Program-made: the position numbers and the translations under genes | Shown here: in pieces, positions 1 to 11,572 of the stretch | Numbering within the stretch: the stretch's first letter is position 1 | How the letters are laid out: each line of letters opens with the position of its first letter | The notes under the pieces: generated by a model | Seen by the model: only the letters and a program-made list of their open reading frames with translations | Told to the model about the DNA's origin: nothing | The model's database searches: none | Assembly (NCBI GenBank): GCA_001629255.1 | Contig: LURZ01000001.1 | Location: 6,850 to 70,849 of the forward strand | Reading direction: 5' to 3' | DNA: 64,000 nucleotides | Source: Marine group II euryarchaeote REDSEA-S42_B7 | Lineage (GTDB): Archaea > Thermoplasmatota > Poseidoniia > Poseidoniales > Thalassarchaeaceae

Positions 1-2
1 GT

Positions 3-923
3 GTCATTCTCAACTCCGAGTCCCCGGAATACTGGTACAATGACTTCCTCAGTGCTGGATTACACAACCTGACCTTCATGTTAATAGATCAGAATGGTAA
101 GGAGAGGATACACCACCAGATGATAACAGTCCTGGAGACGGGACCCGTGGCCGTGATTTCCGGAATGTCAGACGGGCAGTACCTTCCTCCGGGACAAGCC
201 GCTACTCTAAGCGCGACAGAATCGTTCGATTACGACAACGACATCGTACTCTACGAGTGGAGAGTAGACGGGTCTTTGGTAAGTGACAGCACTACTCTCG
301 AAATGACTTTCCAACCTGGGTCAGTAAGGATCGACTTGCTGGTTCAGGACTCAAGGGGGGACGTATCCGTCCAGTCAGTCAACCTCACAATCGGCTCTTC
401 GGCTCCGGAATTATTCGATCTGACGGTCTCGGTACTCAGAGTTGAGGACGAGGTCCCCACAGAGGTTACCACAACCGTGAGGGTCCAAGATGCAGATGGC
501 ACTACGGACATGGTTCGAGGAGAGTTAATCTCCGGAGGGAAGTCTGTTAGCATGTACTTCTATGACGATGGGACGAACGGTGACTCTGTAGAAGGAGACG
601 GCATCTGGACCTCACGTTTCTCTTGGGTCGTCACAGGGGGGTCTTGGGCGCGGGTCGAGGTATACGCTATCGATGGCGGATTGGTCAGCCCCGCGCAGGT
701 TCACACCGTCCCCATAGTGGAATCTGAAAGTGGAGGCCTGGAGGAATGGGTCTCTTCCTTTGGAATTCCAGTGTTGCTTGTTGCAATAGTTTCACTCTCC
801 ATGGCGGGCTTGGCTTACAATAGAGCGAGAATGGCCGAGATCGCCAAGGACATGGAGGTAATCGAGTCCTGGTCCTCATTCGATCCAAGGGAATTAGACG
901 AGGAGTTCGACTCCGAGGACTAA
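3..923 (+). CDS. Secreted/surface protein, C-terminal part (PKD/Ig-like domains, Asp/Gly-rich choice-of-anchor-X-like motif, C-terminal TM); 5'-truncated by window
   Basis: Frame is open from nt 3 (VILNSESPEYWYNDFLSAGLHNLTFM...). Contains SATESFDYDNDIVLYEW (PKD-like), DDGTNGDSVEGDGIWT and hydrophobic GIPVLLVAIVSLSMAGLAY. Confidence 0.7.
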   Translation, partial: VILNSESPEYWYNDFLSAGLHNLTFMLIDQNGKERIHHQMITVLETGPVAVISGMSDGQYLPPGQAATLSATESFDYDNDIVLYEWRVDGSLVSDSTTLEMTFQPGSVRIDLLVQDSRGDVSVQSVNLTIGSSAPELFDLTVSVLRVEDEVPTEVTTTVRVQDADGTTDMVRGELISGGKSVSMYFYDDGTNGDSVEGDGIWTSRFSWVVTGGSWARVEVYAIDGGLVSPAQVHTVPIVESESGGLEEWVSSFGIPVLLVAIVSLSMAGLAYNRARMAEIAKDMEVIESWSSFDPRELDEEFDSED

Positions 924-1654
924 CTCTCAGGGCCCCAGGCTGTCCTCTCCCGATTTATCCCCAGTCTCTTTGCGAAAAGGAATTTGAAGTTCTTCCAACC
1001 GTCTTCCCATGTGTTGATTTCGGCCTGCCCGACTCTGGTGCGGTAGGGCACCGATATCTCCACCGCCTTGGAACGCCCGAAGCACCTCCTAGCATTGATC
1101 TTCATCTCTTCAGAGAGGGGCATACCATCGTTGGTCGGTCGCATTCTCGGATTCTCCATAATCTCCTTCTTGAAAACCCACATCCCAGACTGAGAGTCGT
1201 GAATGCCATAGAAGAAAAGCATCCTAGCCGTGAAGGAAAGTGCCCAGTTCCCAAAGCCATGTAGCCCCGACATAGCACCATCCTCCGCCCTCTTTAGGCG
1301 GTCGCAGGTGATGAATTGCAAGTCGTCCTCGACCAGTTTACGAACCAATTTCGGAACCTCCTCCCCAGGATACGTACAATCTGCATCCATCGTTACTATC
1401 ACTTGGCCAGGGGCCATCTGGAAACCCGTCCTGTAGGCTCTCCCATACCCTTTCCTCCCCTCAAGGTAAACCGTAGCCCCTTCCTTCTCTGCAAGCTCTC
1501 TAGTCCTATCCTCGGAATTACCATCTATGACCAAGAAGTCGAGTTTTTCGCACCAACCGTCGTTCGGTACCGATCTGATGGTATCCACTATGGCCTCCTC
1601 TTCATTCCTAGTGGGTATTACTACGGTCACGTGAACAGGTATTGGAGCTCCCAT
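920..1654 (-). CDS. Glycosyltransferase family 2 (dolichol-phosphate mannose synthase-like)
   Basis: VVIPTRNEE, IDGNSEDRT, GYGRA, MDADCTY, DSQSGM motifs. Confidence 0.9.
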   Translation of the reverse strand: MGAPIPVHVTVVIPTRNEEEAIVDTIRSVPNDGWCEKLDFLVIDGNSEDRTRELAEKEGATVYLEGRKGYGRAYRTGFQMAPGQVIVTMDADCTYPGEEVPKLVRKLVEDDLQFITCDRLKRAEDGAMSGLHGFGNWALSFTARMLFFYGIHDSQSGMWVFKKEIMENPRMRPTNDGMPLSEEMKINARRCFGRSKAVEISVPYRTRVGQAEINTWEDGWKNFKFLFAKRLGINRERTAWGPES

Positions 1655-1740
1655 GGGGTTTTGCCCAAATTGGGCCTATTTTTGAACCATTGTAGTGGTT
1701 CTGATTCCCCGCTCTCTTCAAAAATAACGTCTCTGACGGT

Positions 1741-2985
1741 TTGACGGCGGACAACATGCATGTCGCGATGATTTCTGGAGAGTATCCTCCTCGATGGGGA
1801 GGGATGGGCTCAACTGTTTACCATCTATCCTCAAGATTGGCAGATATGGGGCATAAAATCTCAGTAATTACAAGGAAGTCCAGAGGTGAGCCACCGCAGA
1901 TAGACAACGTGGAAATAATCGAGGTTCCATGGTTGAAAGTCCCATTGGAATTCACAAGGTCTTATGGGAGATCCGCTCTCAAAGCTTTGATCCGCCTCCA
2001 TTCGGAGCATCCAGTCGATGTGGTCCATCTCCACTGCCCCATGGTATCCTGGAATGACTCACAGTTCGACAGGTGCACTAGTGAAGTGGCACCAGTCGTA
2101 TCTTCGATGCATGGAACATGGCTTGGAGAGAGGGACGGACTTACACTCGCAGCCAGATTCGGGGAGCCAGCAGTTTGGTCCAACCCCAATGACATCGCAA
2201 TTCGATTCATGGCGAGCAGGTACTCCAACTTCGAGAGATCCGCAATCAGGAAATCCTCGGTCGTAATTCCAAACTCAGAAGCAACCAGACTCGATTTGGA
2301 GTCAAGGTACTCCGCCCCTAGTGATTGGGACTGTGAAGTCATTCATTGGGGAATAGATACCAGTTTGTTCGTACCCATGCATCCCGATAGCGAATCAGAA
2401 ATCCACAGCATGAATGAGACTAGGAAGAAGTATGGCATAAGTGATGGAGGAAATATGCTTCTAGCGGTCGGAAGACTGGCAGCACGCAAGGGGCATGGCC
2501 TGCTTCTACGGGCTTTCTCCAAGGTTGCTGAGTCTACGAACTCCCACTTGGTCATCATCGGGCGAGGGTCCCTAAAACGAAGGCTGAATAGAATGTCTGA
2601 GAGACTTGGTATCAGCGACAGGGTGACAATCGAGTCAGGGATGGGTTTCGAGCAGATCTCTGAGATGTACAGATTTTCTCAGTTATGCGTTTATCCGTCC
2701 TACTACGAAGGTCAAGGACTAATTCCTTTGGAGGCGATGAGTTCTGGAATCCCAGTTTTGACCGTGAACAATGGCCCACTACCAGAGATGGTCGATGAAA
2801 CTGTAGGCGCACTCTTCGAGCTTGGTTCGGTCGACTCTCTCTCAGAAGCGATCGCCTCTGAGCTGTCATCTAACGAGAGCCTAAATCAGAAGGGTGCAGA
2901 AGGTAGGCAGAGAGTTCTGGATAGGTTCACCCTGGATGGTAACGCGGAGAGATTCCTCGAGGTTTATCGTCGAGCATCTAGTTGA
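1741..2985 (+). CDS. Glycosyltransferase family 4 (GT-B)
   Basis: EYPPRWGG N-terminus, VGRLAARKG, PSYYEGQGLIPLEAMSSG (EX7E). Confidence 0.9.
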   Translation: MTADNMHVAMISGEYPPRWGGMGSTVYHLSSRLADMGHKISVITRKSRGEPPQIDNVEIIEVPWLKVPLEFTRSYGRSALKALIRLHSEHPVDVVHLHCPMVSWNDSQFDRCTSEVAPVVSSMHGTWLGERDGLTLAARFGEPAVWSNPNDIAIRFMASRYSNFERSAIRKSSVVIPNSEATRLDLESRYSAPSDWDCEVIHWGIDTSLFVPMHPDSESEIHSMNETRKKYGISDGGNMLLAVGRLAARKGHGLLLRAFSKVAESTNSHLVIIGRGSLKRRLNRMSERLGISDRVTIESGMGFEQISEMYRFSQLCVYPSYYEGQGLIPLEAMSSGIPVLTVNNGPLPEMVDETVGALFELGSVDSLSEAIASELSSNESLNQKGAEGRQRVLDRFTLDGNAERFLEVYRRASS

Positions 2986-3033
2986 GTCGATTCCGGGGAA
3001 ACTCTTGATTGCTAATCCGCCTTCCGACCGCCT

Positions 3034-4113
3034 ATGGGGAACACAATCAACTATCCGAGGAGATCGAATAGTGCAACCACTGCTAACTTTGCGATCATCG
3101 TCCTAGTGGGATATCTGGTACTCACATACCTCAAGCCGATTTTAATGCCGTTTTGCATAGCAATTTTGATCTATTTCCTTATTAGGGCTCCAGAGCAGTA
3201 CCTAGTCGCTCGCTTCGAGATAGTTGAGAGGATGCCAATACTGGCATACGGCGTCATGATAGGAATCGGCGCTGCGATTTCGTATGGGATTTCGATTCTT
3301 CTGTACAGTAATATCGATCAATTTCAAGAAGAGATGACCAAAGATGGGGGACTAAATGACAAATTCAGAGAGAAGTGGGATGCTTTGGGAGAGACCAACC
3401 TCTATGGGTTCGAAGAAGTGATTACCAACCAGGACACAATTGAGAACCTGGTGAATCCTCAGGTCATTCAGGACTTTGCGACCAACATTCTCGCTGACTT
3501 TGCGACTTTCATCACTACCATGATAACAGTAGCAGTATTCCTCATCTTTTTGATTCTCGAGGAGAAGAGCCTTCCAAACAGGTTCAGGGCAGCGTTCCCA
3601 GAATCCCACGGTAGAGTTAGTGCGATTGTATCCAATTCGTCTGAGGCGATTTCTACCTATGTTATCTCCAAGGCCACGTGTAGCGCAGGTCAGGCTATCA
3701 TACTCGGATTTTTACTCTGGTCGTTCGATATACCCGGATGGTTGATTTTCGCGATTCTTACATTCATGATGGACTGGATCCCCCTGTTGGGGGCCCTGCT
3801 CGCCACCATCCCTCCGATGATGATAGCCTTGATTGCTCTCGATCCAGCTCAGGCCGTCTTGCTTGGAGTATTGATGGTGATGAATCAGAATTTGTGGGCG
3901 CAACTAATCGAGCCTAACTTCTTCGGGCAGAAACTCGGTATTTCTCCCTTAGTACTTATCCTGACGGTCATGGTCTCTGCATCGGTCTGGGGGATAAGTG
4001 GGGCGATTGTTGGCGTACCCATCATGATAATCGCAAGAATCGCACTCGAAGAGGACGAGAGAACCCGGCCAATCGCTCTCATGCTAGCAATGAATGTTCA
4101 CGAGGAAGAGTAG
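3034..4113 (+). CDS. AI-2E family transporter
   Basis: Multi-TM profile; LKPILMPF, WIPLLG, IEPNFFGQKLGISPL, WGISGAIVGVP. Confidence 0.88.
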   Translation: MGNTINYPRRSNSATTANFAIIVLVGYLVLTYLKPILMPFCIAILIYFLIRAPEQYLVARFEIVERMPILAYGVMIGIGAAISYGISILLYSNIDQFQEEMTKDGGLNDKFREKWDALGETNLYGFEEVITNQDTIENLVNPQVIQDFATNILADFATFITTMITVAVFLIFLILEEKSLPNRFRAAFPESHGRVSAIVSNSSEAISTYVISKATCSAGQAIILGFLLWSFDIPGWLIFAILTFMMDWIPLLGALLATIPPMMIALIALDPAQAVLLGVLMVMNQNLWAQLIEPNFFGQKLGISPLVLILTVMVSASVWGISGAIVGVPIMIIARIALEEDERTRPIALMLAMNVHEEE

Positions 4114-4116
4114 CGC

Positions 4117-4722
4117 TCATCGCTTGGATATCAATATCAAGACTCCTTCCCCCCTGATATTCACGAAATCCCCAGTGCCTTCATTGTGTAGTCCTCTCGA
4201 TGATAAGCCCAGATCATCTCCGTGTAATTCCCATTTGGCCCCTGATATCCATACCTTCCCTGCCTCAATAGCGAAAACAGAGAACAGCTCCCCTTCCTCG
4301 AACTTAGCGGAGAAACACTCATGATCGGGGTGGAGCCGGATAGAGACTTGCTCTTCGTGATGTATCCTGATCCTCGCTCCAGAAGAAGCGTCGTTCATAG
4401 CCGCCCAGTTACCGAGAATGTGACTAGGGTCCCCACCATCGGCCCCTACTATCTCAATTTCATCGAACCCTCTGTGCATCAGTTCTTCGATGGACTTTAC
4501 CAGGTCACTGAAGGACTGATCATCGAGTGGCAGAGTCCTGCCCTTCCAAGCAGATTCGTCTATGGAATCCATATCTCCCAGAACCTCGGAGACCTCGACC
4601 CCCAAACCATGTGCTTTGTCGGCACCACCATCGACTCCGAATACAGGCGCTCCAGACTTGAGGACCCATTCAACTACTGACTCAGTCGGTATCGAACCAT
4701 TGCACCAGAGCACTGCACGCAT
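4117..4722 (-). CDS. thiN: Thiamine pyrophosphokinase
   Basis: VDGGA, GDMDS, DQSFSDLVK, GADGG..SHILGN, GAKWEL, GLHNE. Confidence 0.85.
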   Translation of the reverse strand: MRAVLWCNGSIPTESVVEWVLKSGAPVFGVDGGADKAHGLGVEVSEVLGDMDSIDESAWKGRTLPLDDQSFSDLVKSIEELMHRGFDEIEIVGADGGDPSHILGNWAAMNDASSGARIRIHHEEQVSIRLHPDHECFSAKFEEGELFSVFAIEAGKVWISGAKWELHGDDLGLSSRGLHNEGTGDFVNIRGEGVLILISKR

Positions 4723-4730
4723 TTGCTAAC

Positions 4731-5750
4731 CTACCCTACAGAGACCTTACCCTCGGAAATTATCGTTGTCTCCTCGAGCAATACCTCCGGGGACGTCATT
4801 GTTCCTCTGTGATGTATCCCCACCCGTATAGAACCCCCCAGGTGAGTGTTGTCTCCAAAGCCGAAGTAAGCACCTCCACGCAGGACTAGATCCTCAACCC
4901 GATTACCGACGAGCTCACTGGCCTTGGGGTTCATTCCAAAACCGAACTCTGCAACCGTCCAAATAAGGTCCTTCTTGGAACTCCTTATGCCTGCTTTCGC
5001 CATTTCGAAAGACTCCTCTATCTCACTGGCGATTTGCCCTCCGGAGATGTTTACGACCATTCCTTTCACAATGTTTAGCGACAGGGGCTCTTCTAGAAGA
5101 ATGCCCTCCCAGGACCCGTCGATCACGATAGTCCCGTTCATGCTCCCCTCTTTGGGAGAGACGAAAACCTTGCCAGCGGGCAAATTTGCTATTTGGCCAG
5201 GCCTGTTGCATATTCCATTGTCCTCAAGCACCCATCTCCCACCTGTCAGGAACTCTATTTCAGTGCCAGATGGGGAACTGACGCGGACCCTCCTCTTCCT
5301 CCTGAATACAGAACCCATCCCGCTGATCTCTCTCTGGAGGGCGTTATAGTCCGCGGTCATGCCTCCAGTCTCGAATGAGATTCTCCCTATGCCTGGCATG
5401 GACACTATCCTCGCCCCTTCCTTAGTAGCCTGTTGTCTGGCTCTTGTGTGCGTCATAGAGTCCTTGGTTGCTATTATTATCACCCTGTTCTTCCTCATTA
5501 TGTCCGCCACAGGTAAGGGGGGTTCCTTGCCTGGCTTCTGTGTTGGAGGCATCATAACAAGCAGTATCCTGTCCGTTACGCGTGCAGCCTCTTCGTAGAT
5601 TGATTGTCCTACTTCTGCCGTCTCAGGATCCGTGATGACTAAAACATCCTCCTCTCTCCTCACTTGAAGGCATGTCCGAATAACTGACCTAGCGGTAGAC
5701 AGCATCGCCTCCGATGTATTATCCCTAGTTCCCCCTCCCTCAGTCGACAT
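4731..5750 (-). CDS. Aminopeptidase, thermophilic metalloprotease (M29-like)
   Basis: SMTHT, NLPAGKVF, GTIVIDG, AEFGFGMNP, FGDNTHLGG, GIHH. Some usual metal ligands look substituted. Confidence 0.75.
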   Translation of the reverse strand: MSTEGGGTRDNTSEAMLSTARSVIRTCLQVRREEDVLVITDPETAEVGQSIYEEAARVTDRILLVMMPPTQKPGKEPPLPVADIMRKNRVIIIATKDSMTHTRARQQATKEGARIVSMPGIGRISFETGGMTADYNALQREISGMGSVFRRKRRVRVSSPSGTEIEFLTGGRWVLEDNGICNRPGQIANLPAGKVFVSPKEGSMNGTIVIDGSWEGILLEEPLSLNIVKGMVVNISGGQIASEIEESFEMAKAGIRSSKKDLIWTVAEFGFGMNPKASELVGNRVEDLVLRGGAYFGFGDNTHLGGSIRVGIHHRGTMTSPEVLLEETTIISEGKVSVG

Positions 5751-5786
5751 TGCTGTTGGGCCTAGGCGGGCTTGGGTCTTGATACT

Positions 5787-7733
5787 TCACTCCACTAGGG
5801 ATAGGTCCTTGGTTCGGTTAGAAATCTCTGCGAAGATATCCGAAACGAACTGCTCAAGGGGAACGCCATTCTTCTGCTTGCCGTTTCTGCTTCTGATTGA
5901 GACAGACCCTCCCTTCATCTCGTCATCACCGAGAATAAGCATGTAAGCCGGGCGACTCTTCCTGTGCATCCTTATCTTCTTCCCAATTGTGTTGTCCGAA
6001 TCATCCACTTTCACTCTGACTCCTGCAATCTTCAGAGTCTCCCTTACATTCTCTGCATAATCCTTGTGCCTCTCCGAGATGGTGATTACCTGGGCTTGCA
6101 CGGGGGAAAGCCAGGTAGGTAGATTTCCAGCCCACTGCTCCAGAAGGAAAGCCACGAACCTCTCATGAGTTGATAGCGGGGCCCTATGGATTACGAAGAC
6201 CTCCCCGTTCTCATTTCCAGTCTCGTCCATGTATGATAGCCCAAACCTCTCCTTGGCAGCGAAGTCTAGTTGTATGGTGGACATCGACTCCTCCCTCCCC
6301 AAAACCGTCCTAAATTGTATGTCTATCTTGGGTCCATAGAATGCAGCCTCGCCGACTGCCTCTGTGTATTCGACCCCTAAGCCATCCATGATCTCCCTCA
6401 GATGGTTCTGGGTAGCCTCCCAGTTTTCCGGCTGATCGATATACTTGTCCTTGTTGTCAGGGTCCCACAGTGACAAGCGGAAGTCATAGTCATCGAAGCC
6501 GAACGTTTCGTAGTATTCCTGTGCCATCCTGACGTTGCTTCGGACCTCAGTTGCCACTTGATCCAAGGTACAATAGACATGGGCATCGTTCATGGACAGC
6601 ATCCTGACCCTCAGAAGTCCTGCTAGCGTTCCGGACAACTCGTTCCTGTACACAGTACCGTACTCTGCGATTCTAATTGGAAGGTCCCTGTAGGACCTTT
6701 TGCTATTCGTAAAAACTAGGTGGTGCATTGGACAATTCATCGCCTTGAGGTAGTATTCGCCATCGTCCATCTTCATTGGCGGGTACATCCCCTCCGCATA
6801 GTGTGGCAGATGGCCGGATGTCTCGAAAAGCTCCTTCTTCCCAAGAACCGGGGTAGTCACTCTGTCGTAGCCATATGCCTCCTCTGTCTCTATCGCGAAG
6901 TTCTCTATCTCCGACTTCAGTATCTCTCCGTAAGGCAGCCAAACAGGGAGGCCCTTCCCTATCAAATCGTTAATCATGTAGAGCCCCATCTCCTTCCCTA
7001 TCTTCTTGTGGTCTCTCCTTGCAGCCTCTTGTATCTGCCTCTCGCGTTCCTTCAGACCATCCTTGGAAGGATAGCACATTCCGTAAATCCTGACCAGCGA
7101 CTCCCTGTCCTTGTCTGCCCTCCAGTATGCCTGGCTGGTGCTGGTTAGCTTGAACCACCTCAATTGGGAGGTCAGCGAGACGTGAGGCCCTTTGCAGAGG
7201 TCGATGAAGTCTCCCTGACGGTAGGCCGACGAACCCACATCATGGCCGATTTTATCATCCATTATCTCCAATTTGAATGGATTTGAGGAGAATATCTCCC
7301 TAAGTGACTCATTGTCTAGCTCTTCCCTCTCAATCGAGATGTTCTGCTTCACCAGTTCTTTCATCCTCTTCTCTATCTGACGAAGCTCTTCGTCTCCGAT
7401 TGGATCCATTGCGAAGTCATAGTAGAACCCGTGCTCTATAGGCGGTCCGATTGTGGGCTTGGCATCCGGATAAAGCTGAGTCACCGCTTGGGCCAGAAGA
7501 TGTGCACAACTGTGTCTTAAGATGTACAGCCCCTCCTCGGAATCGCCCAATATCGGCTCTACCTTGCAATTCTCATCGAGCCTGAAGGACATGTCCCTCT
7601 CCTCTCCGTTTACGAATGCGGCCACTGCTCCTGACTTCCTCCCATGGACATTTTTGATTACCTCTCCAGCGCTGATGCCACTTGCATACTCGTGAGACTC
7701 GCCCTCCCCGATGTCAACGGAAATCATTCCCAC
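5787..7733 (-). CDS. thrS: Threonyl-tRNA synthetase (bacterial type with TGS and editing domains)
   Basis: RHSCAHLLAQA, GFYYDF, DLCKGPH, KAMNCP, AFYGPKID, IHRAPL. Confidence 0.97.
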   Translation of the reverse strand: MGMISVDIGEGESHEYASGISAGEVIKNVHGRKSGAVAAFVNGEERDMSFRLDENCKVEPILGDSEEGLYILRHSCAHLLAQAVTQLYPDAKPTIGPPIEHGFYYDFAMDPIGDEELRQIEKRMKELVKQNISIEREELDNESLREIFSSNPFKLEIMDDKIGHDVGSSAYRQGDFIDLCKGPHVSLTSQLRWFKLTSTSQAYWRADKDRESLVRIYGMCYPSKDGLKERERQIQEAARRDHKKIGKEMGLYMINDLIGKGLPVWLPYGEILKSEIENFAIETEEAYGYDRVTTPVLGKKELFETSGHLPHYAEGMYPPMKMDDGEYYLKAMNCPMHHLVFTNSKRSYRDLPIRIAEYGTVYRNELSGTLAGLLRVRMLSMNDAHVYCTLDQVATEVRSNVRMAQEYYETFGFDDYDFRLSLWDPDNKDKYIDQPENWEATQNHLREIMDGLGVEYTEAVGEAAFYGPKIDIQFRTVLGREESMSTIQLDFAAKERFGLSYMDETGNENGEVFVIHRAPLSTHERFVAFLLEQWAGNLPTWLSPVQAQVITISERHKDYAENVRETLKIAGVRVKVDDSDNTIGKKIRMHRKSRPAYMLILGDDEMKGGSVSIRSRNGKQKNGVPLEQFVSDIFAEISNRTKDLSLVE

Positions 7734-7805
7734 TGGTATCCCTCGTCGGCTACGCCGACGGCCCGCCGATATGAATGGCTTGGCCGTTAATTGATGGTAC
7801 GGCGC

Positions 7806-8714
7806 TCATTCAATGGTGAATTGGGTACCCGCCTCACCCTCTACCATCTCGGCGATATCCGTCAACGCGCCAATTACCGCGCGCTCGCCAGTCCTCATCA
7901 CAAAGTCACAGGCCGCCTCAACTTTCGGACCCATGGATCCAGGCTCAAAATCCATCTTCGCTATCTCTTCGGGTGTGGTGGCCTGTATCAATTCCTGGCT
8001 TTCAGTACCCCAGTCGCGGTATACTCCATCTGCGTCTGTAGCCAGGATTAGCAGCCTTGCTCCCAACTGCCTTGCGAGTAAGGCGCTGGCCTTGTCCTTG
8101 TCAATTACCACTTCAACACCCTCCAGTGATCCTTCGGAATTGTAGGCTGTTGGTATCCCCCCTCCACCAGCGCAAATCACAATCACCCCCTTCTCCAAGA
8201 GCCAGTGAATCGGCCGCAACTCGAAGATCCTGTGTGGTTCAGGAGAGGGAACTACTCTCCTCCAGCTGCTTCCATCCTTGGCGATAGACCATCCCTTCTC
8301 TTCGGAGATTCTCCTGGCCTCATGCTTGCTGTAAATTGGGCCAATTGGCTTGGTTGGATTTTCGAAGGCGGGATCATCCGGATCGACCTCCACCATCGTT
8401 AGTATTGTAGCCAAAGAATTCTCAGTCGGAAGGAGGTTACCCAGCTCCTGTTGTATTGCATAACCCAGCATCCCCTCTGTCTGAGCTCCCAGAACATCCA
8501 GAGGGTATTCCTCCGCTTCCTTATACGATGCGGATTGCAAGGCGAGGAGTCCTACTTGCGGGCCATTCCCATGGGTGATAACCAGTTGGTGCCCCTTCGC
8601 TAGTGGGGCCAGCTCCTTGCATGCCTCCCTGACGTTCCTCCTCTGATTCTCGGATGTTTGTTCCTCGCCCCTCTTCAGGAGAGCGTTTCCGCCCAGAGCC
8701 ACTACTAGTCTCAC
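7806..8714 (-). CDS. arcC: Carbamate kinase
   Basis: [49 protein letters not shown]. Start moved to GTG 8714. Confidence 0.93.
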   Translation of the reverse strand: MRLVVALGGNALLKRGEEQTSENQRRNVREACKELAPLAKGHQLVITHGNGPQVGLLALQSASYKEAEEYPLDVLGAQTEGMLGYAIQQELGNLLPTENSLATILTMVEVDPDDPAFENPTKPIGPIYSKHEARRISEEKGWSIAKDGSSWRRVVPSPEPHRIFELRPIHWLLEKGVIVICAGGGGIPTAYNSEGSLEGVEVVIDKDKASALLARQLGARLLILATDADGVYRDWGTESQELIQATTPEEIAKMDFEPGSMGPKVEAACDFVMRTGERAVIGALTDIAEMVEGEAGTQFTIE

Positions 8715-8765
8715 GATAATTCCCCAAGCGTGAACCGATAAGAACACCTCCCCTCTGCGATACAC

Positions 8766-9914
8766 ATGGAGCGCATTGGGCTGCTTGCAAACCCGGACGC
8801 CGGACTGGGGGGGAGGCTAGGTCTGAAGGGTTCAGACGGTCAGGCAGAATTGGCAAGGTCAAGAGGAGCGGTGGATAGGTCAGGGCCTAGATTGAAGTCG
8901 ATGCTGGAGTATTTCTCGAAAATCCATCGGGGAGGACAGGTTGACTTGGAATGGGTAACTAGTAAGGGGAGGATGGGAACTGACTGGATCCCTGATGAGA
9001 TGGAAGAATCCGTGATAGTTGAAGCCCACCGGTCCAAAGGATCTACTTCAGCATCGGACACGGAGGATGCAGTAGGGGCAATGGTTAGTTCGGGAATAGA
9101 TTTGCTCGTCTACTCCGGTGGTGACGGGACCACCCGGGACATTGTGGCTTCGCTTTCTAGGCTAGAGTCCTCGGAAATACCCGTGATAGGCGTACCATCC
9201 GGTGTAAAGATGCACTCGGGATGCTTCGCGAGCTCTCCGAAGGGAGCTGCAGAGGTATTATCCTCATGGATTAACGGAGATTTATTGGTTTCTAGTACCG
9301 AAGTACTGGACTTGGACGAAGACTTGTACAGGGAGGGTAAATGGGTGGTTCGGCTCTATGCAGAGGCCTTCTCACCTAACTCCCCTAGGTGGATGCAAGG
9401 ATCTAAGGAACTTGTGCAGACAGAATCGGAGGATGACGTTGTCGTAGGCCTTTCAGAGCACATACGGGAATCACTAGTTAGTGAGGATCACCTAATCATC
9501 TGGGGTTCGGGAGGAACCTTGAGGGCAATTGGCGAGAACAACGGATTCGAATTGACGACTCTGGGCATTGACGTTACCATGGGCAGTGAACAAGTGGGTA
9601 CCGACTTAGATGAGGCAGGGATACTGGCCATTTTGAGTTCTCATGAGGGTCCAACAACTCTCCTATTGTCCCCTATGGGTGGTCAGGGTTTCCTAATCGG
9701 TAGAGGGAACCTGCAACTATCGCCGGCTGTCCTGGAATCAATTGGAATCGACAACATTCTTGGCGTACTTACTCCTGCTAAGTTACTCACGGTGAGGAAA
9801 CTTAGGATTGAGACCGGAGACGAGGGACTGGATGAGAGATTCGCCTCGATGAGGTACATGAAGGTGCTTCAGGGATACAGGACAACTCGAATTCTACCTG
9901 TCTCTGTGGATTAG
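8766..9914 (+). CDS. ATP-NAD kinase family protein (AcoX-like)
   Basis: [49 protein letters not shown]. Confidence 0.85.
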   Translation: MERIGLLANPDAGLGGRLGLKGSDGQAELARSRGAVDRSGPRLKSMLEYFSKIHRGGQVDLEWVTSKGRMGTDWIPDEMEESVIVEAHRSKGSTSASDTEDAVGAMVSSGIDLLVYSGGDGTTRDIVASLSRLESSEIPVIGVPSGVKMHSGCFASSPKGAAEVLSSWINGDLLVSSTEVLDLDEDLYREGKWVVRLYAEAFSPNSPRWMQGSKELVQTESEDDVVVGLSEHIRESLVSEDHLIIWGSGGTLRAIGENNGFELTTLGIDVTMGSEQVGTDLDEAGILAILSSHEGPTTLLLSPMGGQGFLIGRGNLQLSPAVLESIGIDNILGVLTPAKLLTVRKLRIETGDEGLDERFASMRYMKVLQGYRTTRILPVSVD

Positions 9915-11572
9915 ATTTTCATTCCCGATGCGGCCATCAGAAGACCCAGGAACGGTGGGCTGGGACGATCTGGCCTGGACTTGAATTCTGGGTGGTACTG
10001 AGTGCCAACGTAGTATGGGTGCCCATCAAGCTCCATTATCTCACAACGCTCCCCCGTCTCGTCCTTTCCTACGTAGACTAGGCCCGCCCCCTCGATATCT
10101 CCTATCAGTTCAGGATTTACCTCGTATCTATGCCGGTGCCTCTCGTCGACGTGCCCCTCCCCTCCATACAATCTCCTAATTTTGCAATCATCCACAAGGA
10201 ACGGGGTAGGCTTCGTCCCCAATCTCATAGTCCCCCCCATGTGGGTTTTGGAAATCTCGGGCATGAATACAACAGCTGCATGGGCTGGTTCCTCGTCGAA
10301 CTCAGTAGAATTGGCTCCTTCCATCCCGAGCACATTGCGGCAGAATTCGATTGTAGCGACCTGGAGTCCCAGACAGACACCGAGGTATGGGATTTTGTTC
10401 TCCCTCGCATATTCCGCCGCCTTGATTTTCCCCTCAATCCCCCTGATGCCGAATCCACCAGGGACCAGGATTCCATCAGCAGACCTGAGCAATTCCCATG
10501 CGGAATTGTAAGACTCGGAATCTGACTTCTCGGTATCCCCATCAAGTGCGGACGACTCGATCCAGTCGATCACAAGCTTCCTATTTACCTTGAAAGAGGC
10601 ATGCTGGAGGGCCTTAATGACACTTAGATAAGAGTCAGCGAGATCCGTGTACTTACCTGCTACTGCGATGTGAATTTCCTCCGCATCATCCAAAGTGTCA
10701 ACGTGATCAGCAAGCTCCTTCCAATCATCGAGCACTTTCCTCTTGGCAGGTATTTCGAAACCAAACCTGTCTGCCAGCATGCTCGTTACCCCCTGCGACT
10801 CGAGCATAATAGGAACCTGGTAGATGTTGGAAACATCATGTGCAGAGACGACCGCTTCTGGGGGGACGTGGCAGAAAGCAGAGATTTTGTTGCGGGTTTC
10901 GTCGATTAGCGGGCTCTTGGACCTGCAAACCAGCATGTGCGGATTTATACCAAGCCCTCTCAGTTCCTTAACCGTGTGCTGAGTAGGCTTGGTCTTCTGT
11001 TCCCCTACTGGACCCATAACTGGGATCAGGCTCACGTGAACGAAGCATACATTCTCCTGCCCTACTCTGAATTGGAACTGTCGCAGAGCTTCGACAAAGG
11101 GGGCGCTTTCAATGTCGCCGACTGTTCCACCTAGCTCGATTACGCAAGCATCGGGCTCGTTCCCGTTTCCATCGCTCGGCATATGGGCTACTCTCTCTAT
11201 CCAATCCTGTATTTCATTGGTGATATGTGGGATCACCTGAACGGTCTTTCCAAGGTAGTCCCCTCTCCTTTCCCTCTGAATCACCTTGTTGTACACCTTC
11301 CCTGTGGTGATGTTGTTATCTCTGGTCAGGCACACATCTAGGAATCTCTCGTAGTTACCGAGGTCTAGATCTACTTCACCTCCATCGTCTAGTACGAATA
11401 CCTCTCCATGCTCAAAGGGACTCATTGTCCCAGCATCCTCATTGAGGTAGGGATCAATTTTTACCGCGGTTACCCTAAGTCCAGCGCTTTTGAGCAGGAC
11501 TCCTATGCTACTAGCAGTCACTCCTTTGCCCAATCCAGAGAGCACTCCACCCGTCACAACGACATACTTCAT
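9911..11572 (-). CDS. pyrG: CTP synthase
   Basis: [51 protein letters not shown]. Confidence 0.98.
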   Translation of the reverse strand: MKYVVVTGGVLSGLGKGVTASSIGVLLKSAGLRVTAVKIDPYLNEDAGTMSPFEHGEVFVLDDGGEVDLDLGNYERFLDVCLTRDNNITTGKVYNKVIQRERRGDYLGKTVQVIPHITNEIQDWIERVAHMPSDGNGNEPDACVIELGGTVGDIESAPFVEALRQFQFRVGQENVCFVHVSLIPVMGPVGEQKTKPTQHTVKELRGLGINPHMLVCRSKSPLIDETRNKISAFCHVPPEAVVSAHDVSNIYQVPIMLESQGVTSMLADRFGFEIPAKRKVLDDWKELADHVDTLDDAEEIHIAVAGKYTDLADSYLSVIKALQHASFKVNRKLVIDWIESSALDGDTEKSDSESYNSAWELLRSADGILVPGGFGIRGIEGKIKAAEYARENKIPYLGVCLGLQVATIEFCRNVLGMEGANSTEFDEEPAHAAVVFMPEISKTHMGGTMRLGTKPTPFLVDDCKIRRLYGGEGHVDERHRHRYEVNPELIGDIEGAGLVYVGKDETGERCEIMELDGHPYYVGTQYHPEFKSRPDRPSPPFLGLLMAASGMKI

